NCBI GenBank assembly: GCA_031291395.1
Contig: JARLJD010000115.1
Coordinates: 846 to 64,845, forward strand
From: Alphaproteobacteria bacterium
GTDB taxonomy: Bacteria > Pseudomonadota > Alphaproteobacteria > UBA9219
Direction: 5' to 3'
DNA: 64,000 bases
The stretch's first letter is position 1; the number at the start of each line of letters is the position of its first letter. Under the pieces are notes generated by a model that saw nothing but the letters and a program-made list of their open reading frames with translations, searched no databases and was not told where the DNA came from. Below are positions 41,513 to 52,249 of the stretch, in pieces. The position numbers and the translations under genes are program-made.

Positions 41513-41689
41513 TTTGTAATTCTTGCCATAACCGAGGGATGCGGAAGGCACAAGACGGAAAGGCTCTTTCTTTTTTGTCTTCTGCCCCCTTTCCTCTATT
41601 GCCCTAATCCCGCCCCATTTCTCAGGCTTGATGTTTTCCGCAAGAACGGTTAGCTCTTAATCCTCCCGAAACCAAAAGGATTCGAACAA

Positions 41690-42571
41690 ATGTCCAAGAA
41701 AATTCTCCTCGCTACTGTCGCCTTACTGGGAACGCTGGCGATGCCCGCATGGGCTGCCGATGCCGCTACCGCCTCGGCTCCCAAGTCCGAAGATCCGGTC
41801 GTCGCCCGCGTCAATGGCGAAGAAATTCACCGCTCCGACGTCATGCGCGAATTACAGATGGCGGGGCCGCAGATGCAGCAGCTGCCGCCGCAGATGATCT
41901 ATCCGCAGATTTTGCAAAAGATGATCGCGACCAAAGTGGTTGCGGAGAAGGGCTATGCCGAGGGTTTGCAGGACGACAAGGAAGTCAAGCAGCGCGTCAA
42001 GGATCTGGAAGCTCAGGTCGTGGCCGAATCCTATATCCACAAGCAGATCGAGCCCAAGATCACCGATGCCAAGATCAAGGAACGCTATGACCAGCTGGCG
42101 GCCAAGTTCAAGCCGCAGGACGAAGTCCGCGCGCGCCACATTCTGGTCAAGACCGAGGCCGAGGCCGACGCGATCATCAAGCAGCTGAAGGGCGGCGCCG
42201 ATTTCGCCAAGCTGGCCGAAGAGAAGTCGAAAGACACGGGCTCTGCCAAGCAGGGCGGCGATCTGGGCTATTTCGTGCATGACGCAATGGTCAAGAATTT
42301 CGCCGACGCCGCGTTCGCGATGAAAGTCGGCGAGATCAGCGACAAGCCGGTCAAGACGGAATTCGGCTATCACATCATCAAGGTCGAAGGCAAGCGCAAG
42401 TCCTCGCCGCCGCCGCTGGCCGAAGTCAAGGAACAGATCGCCAACCAGCTGGGCCAGGAACTGACCAACGACGAGGTCAAGTCGCTTGAAGCCAAGGCCA
42501 AGGTTGAGAAATTCAACATCGACGGTTCGCCTTTGCCGGCCGCCGATGAGAAGAAGGAAGAGAAAAAATAA
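41690..42571 (+). CDS. peptidyl-prolyl cis-trans isomerase, parvulin (PpiC-type) with SurA-like N-domain
   Basis: Signal peptide; rotamase motifs ARHILV, GGDLGYF and EFGYHIIKV. Confidence 0.85.
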   Translation: MSKKILLATVALLGTLAMPAWAADAATASAPKSEDPVVARVNGEEIHRSDVMRELQMAGPQMQQLPPQMIYPQILQKMIATKVVAEKGYAEGLQDDKEVKQRVKDLEAQVVAESYIHKQIEPKITDAKIKERYDQLAAKFKPQDEVRARHILVKTEAEADAIIKQLKGGADFAKLAEEKSKDTGSAKQGGDLGYFVHDAMVKNFADAAFAMKVGEISDKPVKTEFGYHIIKVEGKRKSSPPPLAEVKEQIANQLGQELTNDEVKSLEAKAKVEKFNIDGSPLPAADEKKEEKK

Positions 42572-42592
42572 TCCTGCCGTTTGGCACGCGAG

Positions 42593-42624
42593 AAAGCCCG
42601 GAGCGCACGTTCCGGGCTTTTTTT
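42593..42624 (+). terminator. rho-independent terminator after the PPIase gene
   Basis: AAAGCCCGGAGC-gcac-GTTCCGGGCTTTTTTT. Confidence 0.65.
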
Positions 42625-42641
42625 GTTGCGTTGTTTTCTTG

Positions 42642-42713
42642 TTCGTAGGAGCGGCTTCCAGCCGCGACTTTTTGTTTTACGACAAAAGTCGCGGTTGAGA
42701 GCCGCTCCTACGA
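42642..42713. repeat. Family-2 long-hairpin repeat (copy 3)
   Basis: TTCGTAGGAGCGGCTTCCAGCCGCGAC...GTCGCGGTTGAGAGCCGCTCCTACGA. Confidence 0.85.
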
Positions 42714-42739
42714 TTTTTCAACTCATCGGGCCGTCGGCA

Positions 42740-43444
42740 TTATTCCTTAAACCGATACCCAACCCCATACAGCGTTTCGATCTGCGAAAATTCGGCGTCG
42801 ATATCCTTAAACTTTTTGCGCAGGCGTTTGATATGGCTATCGATCGTGCGGTCGTCGACATAGATCGCCTCGCCGTAGGCGGCATCCATCAGCTGATCTC
42901 GGTTTTTGACATGACCCGGGCGCTGCGCCAAAGCTTTAACCAACAGGAATTCCGTCACCGTCAGTTCGACCGGCAAACCTTTCCATGTGCAGACATGCCG
43001 CGCGCTGTCGAGCGTCATATCGCCGCGCACGAGAAGGGCGTGAGGGTCGCTTCCTGCAGGTTCGGCGCGCGCCTGTTCGCGGCGCAACAGAGCGCGGATG
43101 CGTTCGACCAGCAGACGTTGCGAAAACGGCTTTTTGATATAATCGTCCGCGCCCATGCGCAGCCCCATGATCTCGTCCACTTCCTCGTCTTTCGAGGTCA
43201 GGAAGATCACCGGCATATGAAGGGTGGCGTTGTTTTGGCGCAAATGCTGCAACAATTCCATGCCGTTCAGGCGCGGCATCTTGATGTCGAGCACGGCCAA
43301 ATCGGCCGGAGCTTGCGTCAATCCGCGCAAAGCTTCGTCGCCGTCGGCGTAAGTGCGCACCGCGAACCCCTCGGCCTCCAGCGCCATTTGCACCGAAGTC
43401 AGAATATTGCGATCGTCGTCAACAAGAGCGATGTTTTGCGGCAT
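42740..43444 (-). CDS. chvI: OmpR-family response regulator, ChvI-like
   Basis: Near-identical to the ChvI consensus: [40 protein letters not shown] and [18 protein letters not shown]. Confidence 0.8.
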   Translation of the reverse strand: MPQNIALVDDDRNILTSVQMALEAEGFAVRTYADGDEALRGLTQAPADLAVLDIKMPRLNGMELLQHLRQNNATLHMPVIFLTSKDEEVDEIMGLRMGADDYIKKPFSQRLLVERIRALLRREQARAEPAGSDPHALLVRGDMTLDSARHVCTWKGLPVELTVTEFLLVKALAQRPGHVKNRDQLMDAAYGEAIYVDDRTIDSHIKRLRKKFKDIDAEFSQIETLYGVGYRFKE

Positions 43445-43537
43445 GTTTTACCTCTGTGCGATACATAGGGTCGTTCGGCTTTCGCGGGAATGACGAAGCC
43501 AAGATACTATAACCATGTTTCCTTGGGAATTCTAAGA

Positions 43538-43760
43538 GCGCCGTCATTCCGGAAAATTTTGCGCTCAAGCCGTAGGAGGGAAGGCAAAACAGATTTCTGA
43601 GGCGCAAAATTTATCCGGAATCCCATTTTGTCTCTTTCTTTTCTGCCTGAGAAAAGAAAACAAATGAGATTCCGGATAAATTTTATTGCGCGCCCGATAC
43701 ATCGTTTTCTACTCACAACGCTTGGAGGAGCGCGCAATAAAATTTTTCGGAATGACGGCT
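43538..43760. repeat. Family-3 palindromic repeats, two inverted tandem copies
   Basis: 43538-43640 reads GTCATTCCGGAAAATTTTGCGCTCAAGCCGTAGGAGG...GGCGCAAAATTTATCCGGAATCCCATTT. 43645-43760 is its imperfect reverse complement. Confidence 0.8.
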
Positions 43761-43967
43761 CTTTTATTTCCCAGAAAACGAACTGTGTCTCAACCTACGC
43801 CCTTTCCGTGGAAAAATCCATATCCGGCGAAAAACCCGCGCGCCCTGCTGACAAGCAAAAGAATTTCTGCTTTAATCTCCCTCGTCCGGGGTGTCCCTTC
43901 GTCATAGGGGCTGAGATTATACCCGTTGAACCTGATCTGGATCATGCCAGCGAAGGGAGAAACTATG

Positions 43968-44981
43968 AGCGTCATCGCATCCGTGCGCGGGGATTCCCGC
44001 CAAAAGAACCCGTTTCTTTCCCAACATATTTTCGACTCGCCGCAGCCTGCGGGGCGAAAGATCACGGCGGGTTTCACCTATTTGCAGCGCATCGGCAAGG
44101 GCGCGACTTACGATGTCTGGTTTCCCGACGCCTTGCGGCGCGAGCTTGACGCGCGTTCAGCGGCGGGGCTTGCGCTGGGGTCGGAGCAGTTCCCCGCGGA
44201 ATGGGCTGCCGTGCGCCAGTTCGAATTGCTGCAGGAATCCGGCAATCATAAAATCTACGACCTTGACCCCGTGATGCTGCAACGCTCGATGCTGGATCTG
44301 TCGCGCAGCATGCGGGCGGGCGGCTATCGCGTCACGGTGGCGACTCTGGGCTGTTATCAGGATCGTCAAGCAGGCGACGAGCTTGAGATTCTCGACCGTA
44401 GTCTGCAGGAACGCATCGAGCAGATGATTCATATGCTGTATCTCGACGAGGCCAGTCGGCAGGCCAACGCCGAAGCTGATGCCAAGCTTGCGGTTCAGAA
44501 ATGGGATTATCGCGAGGCCTTGCCGCATGTCGGCATCGTTTTAGGGGCGCAGGAGCTTTTTGATCAGAAAGAGGGGGAAGGGGGAAAGAAGGGGAAGGGC
44601 GACAAGAAGGGAGGGGCTGGCGGCGCAGGAATGCCGGTAGCGCGCAAAAACAAACAAGCGCGGGAATTTTTCAAAATCCTCGGCCTGTTGCCGCAAAAGC
44701 ATATTATACACGACACGGCGATCGGTTTGCAGTTGCCGGAACTGAATGGCAGGAATCAGTGGAATTATATTGCCGCACCCGACGAAACGCTGGCGGCGTT
44801 CAACCGCGTGCTGGATGATTTATTCGACAAATTCAACGGCATTTCCCTGTCGCGCCTGCAGGGACGCGCAGACGCCACGGATGAGATTAAAGCCTCGACT
44901 TTGCATCTGCGCGGCTATGGCGACCATTTAAGCCAAAATGGAATCAAGCTTTATTACGGAACAGAGCTGGCATTAAATTAG
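43968..44981 (+). CDS. hypothetical protein
   Basis: ~337 aa from MSVIASV (ORF starts at 43926); Lys/Gly-rich internal stretch; no recognised motif. Confidence 0.4.
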   Translation, partial: SVIASVRGDSRQKNPFLSQHIFDSPQPAGRKITAGFTYLQRIGKGATYDVWFPDALRRELDARSAAGLALGSEQFPAEWAAVRQFELLQESGNHKIYDLDPVMLQRSMLDLSRSMRAGGYRVTVATLGCYQDRQAGDELEILDRSLQERIEQMIHMLYLDEASRQANAEADAKLAVQKWDYREALPHVGIVLGAQELFDQKEGEGGKKGKGDKKGGAGGAGMPVARKNKQAREFFKILGLLPQKHIIHDTAIGLQLPELNGRNQWNYIAAPDETLAAFNRVLDDLFDKFNGISLSRLQGRADATDEIKASTLHLRGYGDHLSQNGIKLYYGTELALN

Positions 44982-45105
44982 CCGGTTTGAGAGCAAGAGG
45001 ACACAATGGTTAGAGTTTCCCATGACGCCCTATGTGGCATTCCTGTATAAATATGCGTCATGCGCAAATACATCGCTTGACGGCAAGCGTTCTTTTAGAA
45101 ATTTT

Positions 45106-45774
45106 TCACCCCACATACCCCCTCACCCCGCTTAAAAACGCCCATAAAGCCAAGACAGCCAGCACAACAGCCGTTATGCGGTTAACGACAACAATGCGCC
45201 TTTCGGTGAAATGGCGGCGCAGCAATCCAACCCCGCCCGACAGCAACACCCACCACAAAGCCGATCCGGCGAAAATGCCGAGAACCATAACGCCGGCCTC
45301 CAGCTTGCGGGTAATCGCGCCGAACGTCGCCACGACCGCCAAAGTCCCGAACAAAGTCAGCGGATTGGTCATTGTGATGACAAGCCCGCTGAGCGCCGAG
45401 CGTACCGGGCACATAAACGATTTTTCGCGCGCCAGATTCAAAACTTTGGCCACAAGCTCGGTCGGATGCGGCGGCCTCGGGTGATCGTTCCATGTATGGA
45501 ACGCGGTCGCGAAAACGATAAGCCCCCCGACAATCCGGATCGAGGCCTCATAATGATGAATAAAGCCCACAATAGCGCTGACGCCCAAAACGGCGATCGC
45601 CCCGAAAAAAGCGTCGGCGCAGGCAGCCCCAAGCCCCGTCGCCAGACCGGCGATCATCCCCTTTTGCAAGGTGCGCCTGATGCACAACAACCCGACAGGC
45701 CCGACCGGCGCGGCAATCACCACCCCAAGCACTAACCCCCGGTATAAAACGCCCATTTCCTCAAGCAAACGCAA
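45106..45774 (-). CDS. LysE/RhtB-family amino-acid exporter
   Basis: ~215 aa, six transmembrane helices; N-terminal GLVLGVVIAAPVGPVGLLCIRRTL in the LysE style. Confidence 0.7.
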   Translation of the reverse strand: MRLLEEMGVLYRGLVLGVVIAAPVGPVGLLCIRRTLQKGMIAGLATGLGAACADAFFGAIAVLGVSAIVGFIHHYEASIRIVGGLIVFATAFHTWNDHPRPPHPTELVAKVLNLAREKSFMCPVRSALSGLVITMTNPLTLFGTLAVVATFGAITRKLEAGVMVLGIFAGSALWWVLLSGGVGLLRRHFTERRIVVVNRITAVVLAVLALWAFLSGVRGYVG

Positions 45775-45885
45775 TCTCCGTGAATGGCCGGACCGATTTC
45801 TTAACTTTATTGCCGCCAGCCCTTATGGCAAAGAGCGCAACATATAGCAAGGAGGGGAACTCGCACCGCAAATGAAAGATAAACG

Positions 45886-46389
45886 CTACAAAACCTTCCC
45901 CACGCATTTCATCCCGCCGCCCTGCACTTGCCCAAGCATCGCAGCAACGCTCCGCCCGCTTTCCGGATGCTTCCATTCCGGCGCGATCTCATTCAAAGGC
46001 CGCAGCACGAATTCGCGTTCGGTCATCTGCGCGTGGGGGATTCTCAGCTCCGGCGTTTTTATCACCATATCGCCGTAAAAAATCATGTCGATGTCGATCA
46101 TGCGCGGGCCATAATGATAGACCGGCGCGCGACCTATTTCCCTTTCGATATCCTTGATCGTCCACATCAGCGCCAAAGGCTCGATTCCAGTCTTGCCGAC
46201 AAGGGCGGCGTTCATAAAGACCGGTTGATCCGGCACATAAAGCGGAGAGGATTCATAAACCGACGACACCGCCGTAATCTCGATGTAGGGCGCCAGCGCC
46301 TTAACGGCGGCGCGCAGCATCTTAAGGCTTTCCCCCAGATTGGAGCCAAGCCCCAGAGCAACAGGAACCACAGGTCGATCAGACATCAT
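45886..46389 (-). CDS. folK: 2-amino-4-hydroxy-6-hydroxymethyldihydropteridine pyrophosphokinase
   Basis: VALGLGSNLG...GPRMIDIDMIFYGD...EREFVLRPL: HPPK motifs. Confidence 0.9.
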   Translation of the reverse strand: MMSDRPVVPVALGLGSNLGESLKMLRAAVKALAPYIEITAVSSVYESSPLYVPDQPVFMNAALVGKTGIEPLALMWTIKDIEREIGRAPVYHYGPRMIDIDMIFYGDMVIKTPELRIPHAQMTEREFVLRPLNEIAPEWKHPESGRSVAAMLGQVQGGGMKCVGKVL

Positions 46390-47059
46390 GCCCCTCCAAA
46401 ACGTTACGCGCTAAAGCGATGCTTATCTTGCGCCCCGCGGCCAGCGCCGCGCGATCCAGCCTCTCGACCAGATCGCGAATGCCCGCGGCATCGCGCGGCA
46501 TGCGCGGGGCAAGATAGGCCACGACCTCGGCATCGAGCGCCACTTGCCGGTCGCGGAACTGCTTGACGATCAAGGCTTCGAGCAACGCATCGTCGGGATC
46601 GTGCAAGGCCGCCGCCGGAAGCGTCAGCAATCGCGAGCGCAAATCCGGCAAAACGATAGGCGCCAGCCCCGCGCCGCGAGTCATCGTCAAAAGCAGCCAG
46701 CCGTGGATGCTTTGCAAATGATTGTAAAGATGGAACAGGCTTTCTTCGGCTTTATCATGCCCCGCCACGGCGTCGGCATCGTCAAGCGCGATTGCTTGCG
46801 TTTTCGCCGTCAACGAAACGCAGTCTTGCGCAATCAGCTCATCAAGCGTCACCAAAGCGCCGCCGCTTTTCGCCAGCCACAGATGAAGCAAATGCGTCTT
46901 GCCGCAGCCCGCAGGCCCCGTCAGGATCAAGCCGTGCGCAGGCCAATCCGGCCATTTCCCGACCCACGCGGCGGCCTCGCGATTGCAAGACGTGACCAGA
47001 AAATCGTCCGCCCCCATCGCGGCGTCATGCGGCAAAGGCAAGGGGATCTGCTGCATCAC
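46379..47059 (-). CDS. hdaA: DnaA regulatory inactivator Hda (HdaA)
   Basis: 226 aa; truncated DnaA-like AAA+ fold with Walker A GPAGCGKTHLL; typical folK-hda neighbourhood. Confidence 0.75.
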   Translation of the reverse strand: MMQQIPLPLPHDAAMGADDFLVTSCNREAAAWVGKWPDWPAHGLILTGPAGCGKTHLLHLWLAKSGGALVTLDELIAQDCVSLTAKTQAIALDDADAVAGHDKAEESLFHLYNHLQSIHGWLLLTMTRGAGLAPIVLPDLRSRLLTLPAAALHDPDDALLEALIVKQFRDRQVALDAEVVAYLAPRMPRDAAGIRDLVERLDRAALAAGRKISIALARNVLEGHDV

Positions 47060-48114
47060 TGATACATCGCGCTGGCTTTATACTGCCGCACGCCAAAACG
47101 CACCAGAACCCCTATCACCGCGGCAGTCGGCACGGCGATCAGCACGCCGGTAAATCCCATCAGTTTCACGCCCGCGATCAAAGCGAACAAAATCCAAACG
47201 GGATGCAGCCCGACGCGATTACCGACAAAGCGCGGCGTCAGGATATAGGCTTCAAAAAAATGTCCGACCGCAAAAACGGCAACGACCAAGCCGATGCGCA
47301 GCCAGTCGCCGTCGAATTGCACGCAAGCCAGAATAACGCTGGTGACCCAGCCGAAAACCGTGCCAACATAAGGGACGATCGTCAGAACGCCCGCAACGAT
47401 GCCGACGGTGGCGCCGTATTTGAGGCCGTTAAGGCTCAGCCCCGTACTGTAAATGACGCCCAGAATCACGCACACAATCGCTTGCCCGCGTATGAAGCCG
47501 GACAAAGTCAGGTCGATTTCCGTCATCTGTTCGCGAACGGTTTCATAGTAACGGCGGGGGATAAGTTCATCAACGGTTTTGGTCAATTTTCCCCAGTCGC
47601 GCAGCGCATGAAAGGCCGTGACGGGCGTCAGGATCGAAAGCGCGACGGCATCGACGAGGGCAAAGCCGCCGCTGACGATTTGCTTGACCGTTTGGCTGAG
47701 CCAGCCGACGGCGTTGCCGGTCGATTGCGCGGCGGCGTTGCGGATTTTTTCGACATCCTCCGGCGAAAAACGCGCCAGCCAGTTTTGCGCCCAAGGCAGA
47801 TAATGTTCGCGGATTTTCGTGGTATAATCGGGCAGCGCGTTAATCAAAGCGCCGATCTGGTGGTTAAGCATCGGCGAGATCAGTAGAATGATCGTCCCCA
47901 CCAGAAAAAGAAATCCCGACAAAACCGTCAAAGCCCCAATCCAGCGCCGCACCTTGTGTTTTTCCAGCGCCGTCACGGCCGGTTCCAGAAAATAGGCAAT
48001 GGCCAGCCCCGCCAGAAACGGCAGCAACACCGGCTGAAACAGCCACAAAACGCCGATAAACGCCGCCAGAGTCAGCAGCCAGAATCGCAGCGCGAAATTA
48101 TTGGTCGGAGGCAT
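47056..48114 (-). CDS. AI-2E family (PerM/YdiK-like) transporter
   Basis: 352 aa, eight predicted transmembrane helices, AI-2E family pattern. Confidence 0.75.
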   Translation of the reverse strand: MPPTNNFALRFWLLTLAAFIGVLWLFQPVLLPFLAGLAIAYFLEPAVTALEKHKVRRWIGALTVLSGFLFLVGTIILLISPMLNHQIGALINALPDYTTKIREHYLPWAQNWLARFSPEDVEKIRNAAAQSTGNAVGWLSQTVKQIVSGGFALVDAVALSILTPVTAFHALRDWGKLTKTVDELIPRRYYETVREQMTEIDLTLSGFIRGQAIVCVILGVIYSTGLSLNGLKYGATVGIVAGVLTIVPYVGTVFGWVTSVILACVQFDGDWLRIGLVVAVFAVGHFFEAYILTPRFVGNRVGLHPVWILFALIAGVKLMGFTGVLIAVPTAAVIGVLVRFGVRQYKASAMYQ

Positions 48115-48249
48115 GATCTGTCCTTAAACACACGCGAAGCCGCCAGCTTAGACGATTTTAAGAAAAAATCGAGGTTTATGAAATGGGCAACGCCCAAGCC
48201 GTAATGCCAACCGCTCGATGAAATGACATGCCCAAGAAAAGAGCGGCGA

Positions 48250-48365
48250 ACTCCCCTTCCCCTCGAGGGAAGGGGTCGGGGGATGGGGGGACGCATGAGC
48301 CGTATTCATAAAGCCTACACAGCTTTTGCGGCACTACCCCCCCTCCCTCAACAGGAAGGGGAATC
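48250..48365. repeat. Family-1 GC-rich palindromic repeat (copy 7)
   Basis: CTCCCCTTCCCCTCGAGGGAAGGGGTCGGGGGATGGGGGG...CCCCCCCTCCCTCAACAGGAAGGGGAATC. Confidence 0.75.
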
Positions 48366-48425
48366 ATTAATCGCGAATCGGTTTGTGCTTTGGTTGGTCT
48401 ACTTCGCAAAGTCACAAATTATCTG

Positions 48426-48500
48426 TTCGTAGGAGCGGCTTCTAGCCGCGACTGTTGATGTAAACACAGAGGGTCGCGGCTGGAAGCCGCTCCTACGAAA
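48426..48500. repeat. Family-2 long-hairpin repeat (copy 4)
   Basis: TTCGTAGGAGCGGCTTCTAGCCGCGAC...GTCGCGGCTGGAAGCCGCTCCTACGAAAAA. Confidence 0.85.
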
Positions 48501-48633
48501 AATCACAATTTATGGCGTGTCGCAGTATATAACAGGGCGCAGTTGGGAGTCGCAAATCATGCATAAGAAAACGCCGCGACTCTCTCGAAATCGCGGCGTT
48601 CTTTCTCTAATTATCCTGAAACAACCCCTCGCC

Positions 48634-49224
48634 TCACGCGCTCTTGCGATCGTCCGAAGAAGGCGCGTCGTCGTCGAGCAGCGAGGTGAACTTGGCCGCG
48701 CTCTTGAATCCGCCCACGCCCTGAGCCGTCTGCGCACCGCCGCCAGTGACTTGCAACTCGCCGATGATCTGGCCGCCCGCGCTGATTTCCAACTCGCCAT
48801 ACTTGACCATTCCGCTGATGCGGCCGGTCGAGCGCACGGTCAAACGCCCGTGAACCGTCAATTGCCCGTCATAGCGACCGGCGATGTCGGCATTTTCGAT
48901 CTCAACGCTGCCGCGGAATTGGCCGGTTTCGTTGATCTCAAGCAGTTTGCCGTCGGTCAGTTTGGCTTCGACCTTGCCCGCCACGACCAGAACGTCGCAC
49001 GAGGTAATCTCGCCCGAAACCGAAAGCCCCTCGCCGACAAACAGCTTGCGGCCTTCCGCCGCACTGCCGGAAGAGCGTGGCGTGACGCCGGGCAAACGCC
49101 GACCCGTAGTCGCTGCGCGGGGCAATCCAGGCGATTGTTCGGTACGGATCGCGGGAACGGAAACGTCATCCGCCGCGGTGTCTTGGGCATCGTTTTTGGC
49201 TTTATCTTTGCTGGGACCGAACAT
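48634..49224 (-). CDS. bactofilin
   Basis: 196 aa; central beta-helical repeat region (G-x-V-x-G-x-L...); disordered termini. Confidence 0.75.
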   Translation of the reverse strand: MFGPSKDKAKNDAQDTAADDVSVPAIRTEQSPGLPRAATTGRRLPGVTPRSSGSAAEGRKLFVGEGLSVSGEITSCDVLVVAGKVEAKLTDGKLLEINETGQFRGSVEIENADIAGRYDGQLTVHGRLTVRSTGRISGMVKYGELEISAGGQIIGELQVTGGGAQTAQGVGGFKSAAKFTSLLDDDAPSSDDRKSA

Positions 49225-49464
49225 TCGTTACTCCTCCGGAATGAAGTGCGTGGTGGAGCTAGACCGTTAACACATACTTAATGAAAAAGGCAAGAAGAAT
49301 AGGGGCTCGGAAACAAGGCAAACCCATCAATCGTTAATATCAAAAAGTTTTCTTAATCATTTCAGAGGCCATCTCTTAACGGGCTTTCACTGTCTTGTTG
49401 ATGCTGGCTTCATATCGATCAAAACGCCAGAAAATCGATTTTGCCTTCCATTGATTTGGTTGAA

Positions 49465-52059
49465 CTATTTCACGTTAACGGTTGATGATCGCACCACCAA
49501 CCCTTCATGCCCGGCATCCACCGTCACCGCCTGACCGTCAAGAATTTTCCCCGCAAGAATATCCTGCGCCAGCGGGTTTTGCAGCGTGCGCTGAATAACG
49601 CGCTTAAGCGGTCTTGCGCCATAGACAGGGTCGTACCCTGATTCGGCCAGCCAATCGAGCGCGGCTGGAGTCACATTCAGCGTGATTTTACGCGACTCCA
49701 GCAAGGAATACAGACGTTTAAGCTGCGTCGCGACGATGGCGGCCATATTGTCGCGCGACAGGCGGCGGAACAGCAGGATCTCGTCCAAGCGGTTCAGAAA
49801 TTCGGGGCGGAAATGCCCGCGCACGACATCCATCACCTTGTCTTTGGTGCGCGGCGAGAGTTCAACGCCGTCATCCAACGCAATAACCTCCGACCCCAGA
49901 TTCGAGGTCAGGATAATCAGCGTGTTTTTGAAATCGACCACGCGGCCTTGGCCGTCCGTCAGGCGGCCGTCGTCCAGCACTTGCAACAGGATGTTAAACA
50001 CATCGACATGGGCTTTTTCGACTTCGTCGAACAGGACAACCTGATAGGGGCGGCGGCGCACGGCTTCGGTCAAAACGCCGCCTTCTTCATAGCCGACATA
50101 GCCCGGGGGCGCGCCGATCAGCCGCGCGACCGAATGTTTTTCCATAAATTCCGACATGTCGATGCGTTGCATCGCCTGTTCGTCATCGAACAGGAATTCC
50201 GCCAGAGCCTTGGTCAATTCCGTTTTGCCGACGCCCGTCGGGCCAAGGAAAAGGAACGAGCCGATCGGGCGGTTGGGATCCTGCAATCCGGCGCGGGCGC
50301 GGCGCACGGCATTGGCCACGGCGATAATCGCCTCGTCCTGCCCGACGACGCGCTGGCGCAGATGCTCTTCCATTTTCAACAGTTTGTCGCGCTCGCCCTC
50401 CAGCATCTTATCGACCGGAATCCCCGTCCAGCGGCTGACGATCGAGGCGATGTCGCCGTCTTTCACGACTTCGTCGAGCATCGCGTTTTCCGATTGCTTC
50501 TGCGCTTCCTGCAATTTGCGCGTCAGATCGGGAATGACGCTGTAGGTTAGCTCGCCCGCGCGGGTGAAATCGCCGTTGCGCTGCGCTTGTTCCAACTCGG
50601 CGCGGGATTGCTCCAAACGCTCCTTCAATTTCTGTGCGCTGCCGATCTGCTCTTTCTCGGCGCGCCAGCGCGAAGTCAAATCGGCGGATTGTTTTTCATA
50701 TCCCGCCAGTTCCTGATCCAATTTGACCAGCCTGTCCTGCGAAGCGGCATCCTGTTCTTTTTTCAAAGCCTCGCGTTCGATTTTCAGCTGTATAATTTTG
50801 CGGTCGATTTCGTCTATTTCTTCGGGCTTGCTGTCGACTTCCATGCGCAGACGCGCCGCCGCTTCGTCGATCAGGTCGATCGCTTTATCGGGCAAAAAAC
50901 GGTCAGTGATATAGCGGTTGGACAGCGTGGCGGCCGCGACAATCGCGCCATCCGTTATGCGCACACCGTGATGCAGTTCGTATTTTTCCTTAAGCCCGCG
51001 CAAAATCGAAATCGTATCGACGACCGAGGGCTGGCTGACGAAAACCGGCTGGAATCGTCGCGCCAAGGCCGCGTCTTTTTCGATATACTGGCGATATTCA
51101 TCCAAAGTCGTCGCGCCGACGCAATGCAATTCGCCGCGCGCCAAAGCGGGTTTCAGCATATTGGACGCGTCCATCGACCCGTCGGCCTTGCCCGCGCCGA
51201 CCAGCGTGTGAAGCTCGTCGATGAAAACGATAATCTCACCCGCGGCGTCGGAAATTTCGCGCAAGACCGCTTTCAGCCGTTCCTCGAACTCGCCGCGGAA
51301 CTTCGCGCCCGCGACCAAAGCGCCGAGATCGAGCGCCAGCAATTTTTTATCCTTCAGGCTTTCCGGAACGTCGCCGCGCACGATGCGCTGCGCCAGCCCT
51401 TCGACGATCGCGGTTTTGCCGACGCCCGGCTCGCCGATCAAAACCGGATTGTTTTTCGTGCGCCGCGCCAGAACCTGAATCGTGCGCCGGATTTCCTCGT
51501 CGCGCCCGATCACAGGATCAAGCTTGCCGTCCCGCGCCGCCTGCGTCAGATCGCGGGAATATTTTTTCAGCGCGTCATAGCCCTGTTCCGCATTGGCGTT
51601 GTCAGCCTTGCGGCCGCCGCGCATGTCGTTAATCGCTTTGTTCAAAGCCTCCGCCGTCACGCCCGCGCCGGTTAAATCCTTTTGCGCCGTTGAACCTTGC
51701 GCTAGCGCGAGCGCCAGCAACATGCGCTCGACCGTCACATAATTGTCGCCCGCTTTTTTGGCGACTTCGCCCACGGTCGCCAGAAAACGCGCGAATTCCG
51801 GCGACATGCGCAATTGGTCGGCGTTGCCTTGGGCATAGACTTGGGGGATTTTGTCAAGTTCGGCCTCGACCGCGTTTAACGCCTGTTTCGGATCGCCGCC
51901 CGCCGCGCGGATCAGCCCCGCCGCCATGCCTTCGCGGTCGTCGAGCAACACTTTCAGCAAATGATCCAGTTGCAGCATCTGGTGACGCTTGCCCAAAGCC
52001 AGCATCTGCGCCGACTGAATAAAGCCCTGCGAACGTTCGGTGAAATTTTCCAGTTCCAT
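49465..52059 (-). CDS. clpB: ATP-dependent chaperone ClpB
   Basis: ~864 aa from MELENF; two AAA+ modules ([15 protein letters not shown] and [14 protein letters not shown]) plus the coiled-coil M-domain. Confidence 0.95.
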   Translation of the reverse strand: MELENFTERSQGFIQSAQMLALGKRHQMLQLDHLLKVLLDDREGMAAGLIRAAGGDPKQALNAVEAELDKIPQVYAQGNADQLRMSPEFARFLATVGEVAKKAGDNYVTVERMLLALALAQGSTAQKDLTGAGVTAEALNKAINDMRGGRKADNANAEQGYDALKKYSRDLTQAARDGKLDPVIGRDEEIRRTIQVLARRTKNNPVLIGEPGVGKTAIVEGLAQRIVRGDVPESLKDKKLLALDLGALVAGAKFRGEFEERLKAVLREISDAAGEIIVFIDELHTLVGAGKADGSMDASNMLKPALARGELHCVGATTLDEYRQYIEKDAALARRFQPVFVSQPSVVDTISILRGLKEKYELHHGVRITDGAIVAAATLSNRYITDRFLPDKAIDLIDEAAARLRMEVDSKPEEIDEIDRKIIQLKIEREALKKEQDAASQDRLVKLDQELAGYEKQSADLTSRWRAEKEQIGSAQKLKERLEQSRAELEQAQRNGDFTRAGELTYSVIPDLTRKLQEAQKQSENAMLDEVVKDGDIASIVSRWTGIPVDKMLEGERDKLLKMEEHLRQRVVGQDEAIIAVANAVRRARAGLQDPNRPIGSFLFLGPTGVGKTELTKALAEFLFDDEQAMQRIDMSEFMEKHSVARLIGAPPGYVGYEEGGVLTEAVRRRPYQVVLFDEVEKAHVDVFNILLQVLDDGRLTDGQGRVVDFKNTLIILTSNLGSEVIALDDGVELSPRTKDKVMDVVRGHFRPEFLNRLDEILLFRRLSRDNMAAIVATQLKRLYSLLESRKITLNVTPAALDWLAESGYDPVYGARPLKRVIQRTLQNPLAQDILAGKILDGQAVTVDAGHEGLVVRSSTVNVK

Positions 52060-52080
52060 GATCCCCCGCTTTCTGCGACG

Positions 52081-52175
52081 CCACAAATTGCGCTTTTTCG
52101 TAGGAGCGGCTTCTAGCCGCGACTGTTGCTGTCACAACAAGAGGTCGCGGCTGGAAGCCGCTCCTACGAAAAAGC
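52081..52175. repeat. Family-2 long-hairpin repeat (copy 5)
   Basis: CCACAAATTGCGCTTTTTCGTAGGAGCGGCTTCTAGCCGCGAC...GTCGCGGCTGGAAGCCGCTCCTACGAAAAAGCGC. Confidence 0.85.
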
Positions 52176-52249
52176 GCGAGTCGTGCCGTTCCGCAGTATA
52201 ACACTCCCATGATGTAGGCAGCAGCGGGGAAATTACAAGCGGGATTATC

